Origin: Chara braunii
Lineage: Eukaryota; Plantae; Charophyceae
Assembly: GCA_003427395.1 (NCBI GenBank)
Contig: BFEA01000006.1
Location: forward strand, 4,998,983 to 5,062,982
Length of the DNA: 64,000 bases
Direction: 5' to 3'
Notes under the pieces: model-generated
Databases searched by the model: none
The model's input: the letters and a program-made list of their open reading frames with translations, nothing else
Told to the model about the DNA's origin: nothing
Shown here: one piece after another, positions 53,849 to 64,000 of the stretch
Layout: every line of letters starts with the position of its first letter
Position numbering within the stretch: the stretch's first letter is position 1
Translations under genes and position numbers: made by a program

Positions 53849-56800
53849 GTGTCAATCGCTCTTACTCGCGCTGAAGTGGTAACTTTGCCTTCCCCACTTC
53901 AGGCGTTGGTTAGTGACCCATACATCGCCCCGCAGACACATTTAGACCCACCGATGCTCTATTCGAGAGATGTGTCAGAGTCCCTAGAAGAGTTACAGTC
54001 TGAGTGGTCAGGGAAGGACCCCAGAGACTCTTGGGCGACGATTAGTAGAGGTCCTAAGGGTGAACATTTCGTGGTAGATGTCAATGTAGGTGGCCGCAAA
54101 GTGGGTGCCTTCACAGACATAGGCTCTACACAAAATTTCATTAGTCGTGCTTGTGTGGACAGACTACGCTTAGGGGACCAAGTCCAACAGCTTAGCAGAA
54201 CTGTAGCTTCTATGCTAGTCAACAAGCACCAAATGGTAATTAAAGACTAGACTATGTCAAGGACGTAGTCTGTTCCTTCTCTTATGGATGAGGGGAAGTG
54301 AGACACAAAATGTCATTCCTCGTTAGCGATGAACTGCCCTTCGATATGTTGCTAGGCATGTACGACCTCGAGGTACAACCGTTAGACTGCAAAAGTTCAA
54401 AGCTAGTAGTCTAGGGGAAAACTATGGCTGCATGTGTGCCTCCTCTTTCTATAACTACTATAAGCATAATCGCATGGAGGGCATGTATCTAGTTTTTGTC
54501 TCTGAGAAAGGGAAGGCCATAAAATCACCCCAAGAGATAGAATCAGTCGTCGCACAATATTCCAACCTTTTTTAGCAGCCCACAGGCGTGGTGGAAAGGG
54601 AGGTGGTCCATGCGATAGAGGTTGTCCCAAGGAGTAAGGTGCCTAGAGGACGAATCTATAGGATGTCTCCTGCGGAGTTGGATGAGCTCAGCCGCCAGCT
54701 CAAGGAGCTCACGAAAAAGGGATGGATTCAGCCTAGTACCTCCCCTTACGGTGCGCCAGTCTTATTTGTCCCTATGAAGGGGGGTACCTTAAGGATGTGC
54801 ATTGACTATAGGGGACTCAATGCCATCACCGTTAAGAACTCGGAGCCCCTACCCCACATTGGCGACCTATTGGATAGAGTGCAGGGATGCCGGTACTTCA
54901 CAAAGATAGATCTGAAGTCCGGATACCATCAAATTGCCATTAGACCTGAGGACCAGCACAAAACCGCCTTTCAGACCAGGTACGATTTGTACGAGTTTGT
55001 GGTGATGCCCTTTGGCCTATGCAATGCCCTAGGACATCCCAACACGTCATGAATAGGATATTTTACGAGTACTTAGACAAGTTTATCATCGTGTACCTCG
55101 ATGATATCCTTATCTTTAGTAGGACTGTAGAGGAGCACGCTGAGCACTTGAACATAGTGCTAGGACTCCTAAGACAACACCAGTACAAGGTAAACTTTCG
55201 GTCGCACCAAGATCTTGTACACCGGTCATGAAATCTCTGCGGATGGGTTGAAGTCCGACGATGGCAAAGTGGCCAGCATACGGGACTGGCCTAGACCTCA
55301 AAATGTTACTGAGGTCCGATCGTTTTTGGGGATGGCGGACTACTATCGTCCGTTTGTTAAAAACTATAGTACTATAGCCTCCCCATTGACAGATCTAACT
55401 CGACTTGACACCCCTTGGGAGTGAACTGAAAAATGTGAAGCAAGCTTCAAGAAAATGAAGTATGCTCTGACACACTACGAAGTCAAACTTCCGGATCCTG
55501 ATAAGCCATTTGTCGTGCCCACAGACACCAGCCAATATGGCATAGCCGCGGTCCTTGTGCAAAAGGAGGGGCCAAAGTTGAGACCCATTATTTAACAAAA
55601 GGAGGGGCCAAAGTTGAGACCCACGTATGAGCGTGAGCTCTATGCCCTCTACAGAGCGCTGGTCCATTGGAGACACTACCTCCTAGGCAGATTCTTCTAC
55701 TTGCGATCTGACCATGAGACCTTGCCCTAGATCAAGACACAACCTGTACTCTCTGACGCACTTAAGCGGTGGATTCAAGTGATAGACATGTATGACTATC
55801 AACTTGATCCAATCCAGGGAGAGTACAACAAAGTGGTTGATGCACTATCGCGAAGGGCAGATTATCTGGGCGCACTAGTGACTGAGTTTGGTATATCTGA
55901 CGATGTAACTCGATCCTTGGTGGAAGCCTATCGGCAAGATCCAGTCATGTCCGAGATCATTCGTAGATTTCAAGCGAAGGATAAGGTAACCTCCGATGAA
56001 TTTACGATGGTAGATGGGCTTACTGTTTCTTGCGAAGGCAGGGAATAAAAGACCATGTGTTTCGAATAGAGAATCTTTGCGTAGTTCATTTTTAGGAGAA
56101 TGTTATGATGCAACTGGCCATTTTGGTTATAAAAAGACTTCAGCTAACTTAGTGCAAAGATTTTGATCCTCTATGATGCAAGATGCTAAAAGGTATGTGG
56201 AAACTTGCCAGGTTTGTCAACGGGACAAACCTAGGACTAAGGCTCCGCTAGGGCTTCTCAAGCCCTTGCCGATTCCTGAAGGTCCTGGTCAGAGTGTGTC
56301 CATGGACTTCATGGATACTTTTGTGACCAGCAGGACACTCAAGAGACATATCTTTGTTATAGGGACCGCGTTTCCAAGTATGCAAGACTTATTGCTATGC
56401 CAGAGACTGCTAAAACGGACTATATCATCAAACTGTTTTTGGATAATTGGGTTCGGGATTTTGGACTCTCTATGTCGATAGTGAGTGATAGGGATGTAAG
56501 ATTTACCAACGAGCTGTGGCAGTCAACAGCTGAGCAGATGGGCACCAAGCTAACAATGACATTAGGGAACCACCTTGAGTCAAATGGCCAGGTAGAACAA
56601 ATGAACCGAGTAGTACAACACCTGCTTCGACATTATATTAAGCCAAGTCAGGATGACTGGGACGAGAAGTTACCTCACGTCGCTAGCCTGTACAACAATG
56701 GTGTGCACAATACTACGTGTATGACTCCCAACCAACTGCACCTTGGTTGGAAGCCTAGAACTGCACTAACTTTCTGCTACCCGAAAGACAGCCCACTGCA

Positions 56801-57395
56801 GTATCTGGCAGCATAGAGTTTGCTGTCAAGTACGAGCAGATGCTGCAGCAGGCCGTCAAGCATATTGGGAAATCTCAGGATACTATGATTGCCTCTGAGA
56901 ATAAGCATAGACGGCCCTCAAACTTTCAGGTAGGGGATAAAGTTTGGGTCAAATCATCTGAACTTGGTCAAGAGCTATCTCGCAAACTGATGCCACAGTA
57001 CTTCGGTCCTAGACATAGTCGGGGATCAGATAGACGGACCTTCCTATGTGATTCACATCCCACCTCACTTACGCACACACCCAGTTTTTCATGCCTCAAA
57101 GCTGGCACCTTTCACAGAAACTGCACACTTTCCTTCCAGACGGTCAATGCTGCCCCCAACCATGAATGGTGAAGTTGACATCGACGAAATTGTGGAGCAT
57201 GGAGTGATGCCGATACCTACACCACCGGGCAGAGGCCGCCCTCCTAAGCCAAGAATGCAATACCGTGTCAGATTCAGGAATCAATCTGGATCCCATCGAA
57301 GATCGGTGGTTCACCAGAGAAGACCTCATGCGAACAGCACCTCAAGTTATCACAGGCTGTGAAAGAGAACTCAGGGGAAAGATGCCTGCAGATTA
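53849..57395 (+). pseudogene. pol: pol: PR-RT-RH-IN-chromodomain, many disruptions
   Basis: TDIGST; [10 protein letters not shown]; YLDDILI; VETCQVCQ; IVSDRDVRF; PVFHASKL; DIDEIVEH..QYRVRF. Confidence 0.95.
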
Positions 57396-57420
57396 GAAGA
57401 CTTCTCAGAGGACTATCGAA

Positions 57421-57436
57421 GAAAAGGAGGGGGGAA
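57421..57436 (+). promoter_or_regulatory. polypurine tract, element E
   Basis: GAAAAGGAGGGGGGAA immediately before the 3' LTR. Confidence 0.9.
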
Positions 57437-58566
57437 TGCGAGGATCTGGGTTCTCGGCAGGCCTGAGGGGCCTCTTGCTGCAGATGTGCCCGCCCTAAGT
57501 GAAGGCGGGCCTAACAAATCATGAGAGGCCCTAAGCTGTCAATTTCGTATTTGGGGTCCAGGCAGTTTGTCGCGCCACTTGGTTGAGGGAAACACAGGCC
57601 GAGGAGCGAGACATTCCACGGCCTTCCAGGCCTTTCCAAAATGATGCAGGCCCTGGACGAGATTCGCAGGCTCATACACAGACAGTTGGGAGGCCCAACC
57701 GAATGAGGCCCAGTAGCTGCAACAGAGGCGCAGNTTGGGAGGCCCAACCGAATGAGGCCCAGTAGCTGCAACAGAGGCGCAGCATCCTGTGGCCTACCGG
57801 AAGCTTCTGGGCCCAGGCCCAGGCCAGCCAGGCTGCGAAGGCAGGCAGGCTCTTTCCATATAGGAAACAGCTTGCTGCCTGGAGCCTTATTCAGCACTTG
57901 CATGCTGGCAGCAGCGCTGCTGGAGCGGACGCTCGTGGGCTGCTGCTGGCGCTGAGAGGCAAGGTGTTTGCGAGTGCGGTCGTGCAGGGAGCAGGGTGCT
58001 GCTGAGGGCAGCGCCATAGCCCAGCCTCCATAGCTGGATGCGCTTGGACTACAGTGAGGCGCAGGGGTGGTTTTCGGGTGTAGAGAGGGAAGACGTGGGA
58101 GTAAGTCAGGGGAGAGAGAGAAGGATGATGATGATGATGATGATGATGTGAGGGCACATACCTGGTATTGGCGATGGCCTGCATTGGGCGACATCTTCAA
58201 GTACTTCGTGGGCTGCTGACGTCAACAGTTGCATTGTCAATTAGTAGGCTGGGCGCTGAGCGCCAAGTAGGGAGATAGGGCCTGGACACTCATGTTGGTG
58301 GTGGCGAGAGCAAGTTCTCATTCACATTGGCTTTCAGTGTTACGATTCTTCATTGGTGTTATATTGGTGCATTTCTGCTTTCTGGACACTCTGACTCTAT
58401 CTGGCCTTCGATGTGATTGTGCATTCTGGATATTGTCATCTCGCTGTTGCTCATTTTCCTTGAAAGTTCGGTAGGTCTCCTAATCCCCAGAATTCGAAAT
58501 GTGATTGTGCATTCTGGATACTATCTGGCCTTCAATGTGATTGTGCATTCTGGATATCGTCATCTC

Positions 58567-59265
58567 ACCTTCGCTGTTGCTTCGTCTTGCTTCTGGCGTT
58601 GTTCCTCCACAAGACGACATTGTTTCTCTGCCTCCTCCTCCTCTTTCTTCCGTGCGGCTGTTGCCGTGTCTGCCCGCTGCTTAATTTCTGCCTTCAAGGT
58701 CAGCATCCGGGCCTCGCAGGCCTCGGTTGTTTCCCCTTGCTTCTGCTCCATGTCGCCTGTGATCGGGTGAGCATGGGCATATGCCGCGTGACTGCTGATG
58801 TGGCACTGACTCCTGCTGACATGGCACGGCTGTCGGCTGACGTGTCACTGACATGTCACTGCTCACATGGCCTGCTCACATGGCCTGCTGACGTGGCAAC
58901 TCGTCAATGCCGCAGCAGTGAGAAGCCGAAGACAGGTGGGGGAAGAGAGAAGGGTTGACATGGCCTGCTGACATGGCCTGCTGACGTAGCAACTCATCAA
59001 TGCCGCAGCAGTGAGAAGCAAAAGACAGTTGGGGGAAGAGAGAAGGGTTGAAGATAGACAAAGCAGCATAGATGGGGAGGGTGGAAGGTTGGAAAGTGGG
59101 AGTCATAAAACACTAACATTTTACCTACCCCCATGGGGTCACACACATCACCCAGATAAGGAGCCACTAATCAAATTGAAAAGTTCGAACTTTGCGTAAA
59201 GAATGATCATTTCGAAAAGAAGAAAAGAAAGAAAGAAATCGAAATTGCAAGTTCGGTAGGTCTCC
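58567..59265 (-). mobile_element. second copy of element D gag start/leader (paralog of ~48906-49639)
   Basis: MEQKQGETTEACEARMLTLKA in both copies; roughly 90% identical. Confidence 0.9.
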
Positions 59266-59269
59266 TTTT

Positions 59270-60380
59270 CCACTCCCATCACGGCATCAGAGATAGTAAT
59301 GAAAAGATGGCAAAAGGAAGAAATCTCACTAGCCAACGCGATCTTCAAACCCTCTTGTCATTCAATCTTCTGCACGAAGCCAGTCAAATTGGCCAGCCTA
59401 CTCTGGCTCATTACCTACAGAGCAGTCCCGGTGAACCACTGGCTAGCATGAAGACGAAAGAAGGAAGGCAGACCAGATCAAGACTCATGGTGCAAAGTCT
59501 GCAACACAGAAGCTATGGAAACACTCAACCATTGCTTCTTAGAATGCGAAAAGGCCCAAGCCCTATGGAATGAGGTAGCACAGGCATGGTCCAAACACTC
59601 TAACAAAACACTACAAATTAAACCGAGCACTCTTTACTTAGACATAGAGCAAACCCCGCAGTTCAAAGGTTTCGAACTTTCGACCTATTCTTTTCTTCTT
59701 TTTTTTTTCTTTTTTTTTTTCTTTTTTTTCCACAAAACAGGGCCTTATGGTCCTGGCTCCTTCTATTCTGGGGAGCGTCAGTCCGGTTCCTATTCCACCG
59801 GCAAGTCAAAACATACATTACATTGAAGAATCACGCACGCTTCCTTCCGTCTGGCCGAAGGACCCCTGAGCAGCATGATTGCTCCACCTTGGTGGAGGAT
59901 TGACTGTCAGCTTGCCGTGCTGCACTCTTTCCTCTCAGACCTGGAACCCAGATCTGTCAGATAAATCTATTCCTTCTAGGAAGAGGTCCCCCTTTGTCAA
60001 GTTAGCGGGTGAACACCCATTTATCCATCCTGCTCCTGTGCCACAGCCTCCCCTGTCCCTTCTTACCTGTCCTCCCCTTTTCTGCTTGTCACTAAAACCC
60101 TAGACCCTAAAACCCTCGTTCGTTAGCCATCACCAGCACCCTTTGGATTTTTTGGCAACTCTTTCGCTGTAGCCTTGGGCGACCTATTCTTCTTCTCACT
60201 AATCAGAAAAGCCTTTCTGTGGGCGATCTGGAAAAGGAGATGCGACCTGACTTTCGATAATCACCCTACTAATCACGAAAACCCCCTCATAACTATCAAG
60301 CAACTAATAGAAACTGAACTCCACGCCCTCTGGAAAAAAAACTCAGAACCAAATACAAAACGGTGGATCAGCAAGTATAA
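59270..60380 (+). mobile_element. L1-type LINE ORF2 C-terminal fragment (zf-RVT), split by an insertion
   Basis: CKVC..ETLNHCFLECEKAQALW, resuming at 60180 with LWAIWKRRCDLTF. Confidence 0.8.
59693..60179 (-). mobile_element. 487-bp retroposed insertion with A-rich tail
   Basis: T-rich tract 59693-59729; 12-bp TSD CGACCTATTCTT (59681-92, 60180-91). Confidence 0.85.
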
Positions 60381-60533
60381 AAGCCCAGCAGCACCTGGAT
60401 GTCAACACAACATGCTTTGCACTCAATGTGGAAGCGCTGCTGCGGTCTTGTGCACCCGAGAGGCGACTGGGCCGGAGAACGAGCGTAGAACGGTGCAGTC
60501 AATGGTGCTGGGCGCCATAGCCATAGCTTTAGC

Positions 60534-60535
<2 letters not shown>

Positions 60536-60604
<69 letters not shown>

Positions 60605-60605
60605 N

Positions 60606-60669
<64 letters not shown>
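60536..60669 (+). repeat. (GA)n microsatellite
   Basis: ~134 bp GA run. Confidence 0.98.
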
Positions 60670-60672
<3 letters not shown>

Positions 60673-60993
60673 CAAAGGGAGGAGTGGGGCCTGTGAGAGT
60701 GAGAGTGAGAGCAGCGAGACAGAGGGAAAGGAAGAAGAGAGAGACGTACCTGCATGTTGAGTTGAACGTCCGAAGACAACCAAGTCTGTGTTGACTATCC
60801 AGGCTCTCTTGGACCTTGAATGTCTCACGTGAGTGTGGTGTGGTGTCCGAATGTTTCATGCATGGTTGTCTCATTGCAACTCCACTTCCTCAAGCACAAT
60901 ATCAATCCTTTTGGAAATCTATACGAAACCACAATCTTGCTGGTATGGCGGCTAACCAAGCCCAACACGTGTCCTAATTCAAGATTGTGACTG

Positions 60994-62331
60994 GCTCTGA
61001 CACCAAATTTAAGCGATTGCTCGATTTCACTTCAAACCATCCATCATCATCATCAACCACCACACCTGATAAAGACTGAGAGACACATATTATGATTCCG
61101 GTTGTTTGTTGTCTGATGACCAACACTCACTCACATAGACTTCCAGGTATGCCCATACATACACAGAAGGAAGGGGAGAGGATAGGAGTATCACACCGCA
61201 CAGGGAGAGATAAACACAGCGGAAGACTTGACCATGCGATATGACAGGGTACACTGAAAGTGCAATTCACTCCACTCAATCCTCACAACAAGTCATAGAG
61301 AACAGCCGAGCAGATCACATCCAGGAAACAATGAAANGATGATAGTCCAAACACAGTTATACACTGTTTATTAAACTCAGAGTCTCGAATTGTCAGGATA
61401 ACTTCAGAACAACAGTGCGCTGCTCAGAAATGAGAAGCGCTTCACTCCCCAACCCTGAGTAACCACCTGTAACACCCCTGAGCCCCTGAAACATCAAGCG
61501 CCACCCTGATACAGCCTCCTGAGGGAAGCGCCACCCTGAAACAGGCCTTGAGGCCAAGCGCCACTCAGAGGATGAAGAAGAAGACCAGCGCCACAGTATC
61601 TGATGATGACGAAGTGTCGGAAGACTTCACGGGTGGAAGTCTGCAGAAGCGCCACCAAACCCTGACAAGATGACCTCTGAGGAAGAAAGCTGCAGCTATG
61701 GCTGCAGCGCCAACACCGCTCCGAAGGAGGGTCCAGCAGGGCACTAATCTCTTTCGCCTCCAGCAGACCTCGGTAACCCAGACCTCTGTCAGCCCCTGCG
61801 TGCTGGCAGAGTACAGCGCAGGTCCCAGCTATGTCCGGCGCTCCGAAGGACTGGCTATGCCTGTCTCCTTCCACGCTGAGCCGTCACCACTTCCGGTTCA
61901 CGCGTAGCACAGCAGTGATGTACTCGGTACCAACTGCCAAAAGCTCTGAACCGATGTGCCTATCCTATCTATACTACACTAGCCTAGACTCGACCTAGAC
62001 CGGACTGACTGACCGACCGGTACCGTTTCTGTTTCGGCCTCTACCAGACCCGGCTATAGGCTATAGGACCATCTATCAGAATAGGCCCTTAGGGCCTGTC
62101 TGTCCTAGGGGTAGCCCGGGCCTGCTATTCGCAGTTAGGGTAGCTGTAGGGAATCCGGTTAGTACCGGGCCTGTATTTTCCCGGATTTGCAGATATGTCC
62201 CTCACGAATTGCCATCACAGGTAGGTTTCTCGGTTAGTCCTCAGCCAAACAAAATTGTGAATCTGTCCTACCTATAGTACAGCCTCGACAGAGAGAGGCT
62301 ACAGGCAACCAGAAAACAGCAAGTCATTGCA
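60994..62331 (-). mobile_element. 5' LTR (~61008-62331) and PBS (60994-61005) of a truncated element related to element B
   Basis: Minus strand starts TGCAATGACTTGCTG and shares AATTCGTGAGGGACATATCTGCAA with B LTRs; PBS TGGTGTCAGAGC. Confidence 0.8.
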
Positions 62332-62845
62332 CACACTTGACTGGAACTTCACACAGTAGAACTTCACCAAAAAAAAGGTGGTGTTCACCTGGGCGCCTCC
62401 CTACCTGAGTACTATACAACAAACGGGACTGAACATGACACTCCGAGCAGCCAACTCTCTGGGGGTATGGCAGAACCGAATCTCCCTGCAAACTAGGGCT
62501 AAATTTAGCACACTGGTCGATTTCTGTACCCAAGCAACTCGACAAATGGAAACTGAGTGAAAATTGTTTGATGATCATCACTTTTATCGGGGTACTACTT
62601 TTCAAAATGCCCAGTTCGAAAGGCCCTTGTTCTTTGCTACACCAATAGAGGACTCCACATTCAGGTCCTCACCAGATTCAAGAGGGCAAAGAAAGGCAAC
62701 CCGACCCGGACAGAGCGGACACAGCAGGATGTGCGGCTGGACCGGCGGATGTAAAAATTGGGACGTCCAGGAAAGAAAAAAGAAATGTCACAGAACACAA
62801 ACAGGGGATGGATTGGGCCATACCTACCTCAAGGCCGTATCCAAT

Positions 62846-62850
<5 letters not shown>

Positions 62851-62926
<76 letters not shown>
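62851..62926 (+). repeat. compound (CT)n(GT)n microsatellite
   Basis: direct. Confidence 0.95.
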
Positions 62927-62927
<1 letters not shown>

Positions 62928-63690
62928 CTGTCTGTCTGCCTCTCTCTCATACAAAACATGAGAATCGGTCTCAGCCCCACCCTCTTTGGCTAACTGCAAG
63001 TGCCAGAAAAAGGTTAAAAAAGGCCAAAACATTGTTTCGGGGGGTAGGCCTTGAACCACCCCCGGAAAAAAGAGAATATATTCCCCTTCCAGATGTACCG
63101 GACCGGACATCCAGAAACGGATGGTCTGGACAGCGATTCGGATGTCCAGATTGTAACCATGCAAATAACTCTAAAACAGTGCACAGTTGGGGCAGGTTGC
63201 CGCCCCCCGCCAATATGTAGCAGCAAATAGAGATGAAAGCCTCGGATAGCGACAGTCCACACCAAAAAAGGAGAGGAGGAATCATTTGACCAAGAACAAT
63301 AGGATGAAATTGCAGAAGCAATCTGCCTACCTTATAAGGAGTAGGATTCAGACTGCGCTTGTGATCTGGTCGGAGGGCTGCTAGTTGGCTCTTACAGTGA
63401 CTCCTTAGCTCATCCAGTGAAGGAAGGGGCTCCACAGTTGTTCCTGACAGTCAAATACAAACACGGGCGTTCGAAGACGTGATCAGATTTTTCCCTGCTC
63501 GACAAATTGTCCTCACCTGTTCTGTGATAGTACACTTCGTCACATCAACCAACCGCCTAACGTGGCACGTAAATCAAACCTGTGTACACTCTCCAGAACT
63601 TGACACCTGCAACACCTGCATTCGTAACCCAAATCTGGTAATCCAAGGGCAAATCATTAAGCAGCACTCATAACCAACAAGTTAGCCTTA

Positions 63691-64000
63691 TGTAATGACC
63701 CGTCAATACACTGACTGAAACATACAGTCGATTTCTGATTTCTGCTCATAGGATGCATGCCGTACTAAGTTCCCTGCCTGTCGATGTGTTTGCTGGGTCT
63801 GAGTGCGTGCTTGTTTGTGGGTTNCATGACTGTGTGTGGCCTGCATGTTGTCGGAGTGCCTTGAGTGTGTGTGTGACCTGTATGGGTCTGTGATGGCTGG
63901 GCAGGCCGTGGGAGGGCCGGTACTTACCTGTGGCATGGCGTTTGAGAGCTGCAGCCGGGGATACACTCAAGTGGTGTCGATAGCAGCCCCGCAACCCTTG
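63691..64000 (+). mobile_element. start of an LTR related to element A, runs off the window
   Basis: Begins TGTAATGACCCG like the element A LTR, with similar downstream GATTTCTG and TGTGCGTGC motifs. Confidence 0.65.

Larger units (their letters stand above)
49686..58464 (+). mobile_element. Ty3/gypsy chromovirus (element E), structurally complete, pseudogenised
   Basis: 5' LTR 49686-50682 (TG..CA), PBS, gag, pol, PPT, 3' LTR 57437-58464; no TSD. Confidence 0.97.

Noticed and set aside
57685-57782. Duplication inside the 3' LTR of element E
   Set aside because: Separated by a single N and absent from the 5' LTR; likely contig-overlap artefact.
60368-63220. LS/RE-repeat ORFs
   Set aside because: Translations of GA/CT microsatellites.

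Overview
Eukaryotic, transposon-saturated (heterochromatin-like) window with four assembly gaps and no recognisable host gene. The organism is inferred to be a streptophyte alga or early land plant (Chara-like). Main content: (i) four chromodomain-bearing Ty3/gypsy LTR retrotransposons in various states of decay (~14.8-22.9 kb minus, ~33.4-40 kb minus, ~42.1-49.7 kb minus, 49.7-58.5 kb plus); (ii) a deleted, non-autonomous LTR element (22.95-27.0 kb) that keeps only an open GPY/F+chromodomain frame; (iii) solo and partial LTRs, L1-type LINE 3' fragments, microsatellites and short tandem duplications. The most striking unannotated signal is repeated capture of small organellar DNA pieces: psbB inside one LTR, cox1 at a LINE end, and nad5 inside LTR-like sequence. 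In addition, a 1.2-kb patchwork at 40.33-41.5 kb joins mitochondrial (rpl6, nad2, trnK, ccmC, trnL-like) and plastid (rbcL) fragments of 24-186 bp, with all identifiable coding/tRNA pieces on the same strand. The first 14 kb is old degenerate sequence with a diverged long inverted repeat and unassigned ORFs. All identifications were made by eye from translation; no database searches were run.
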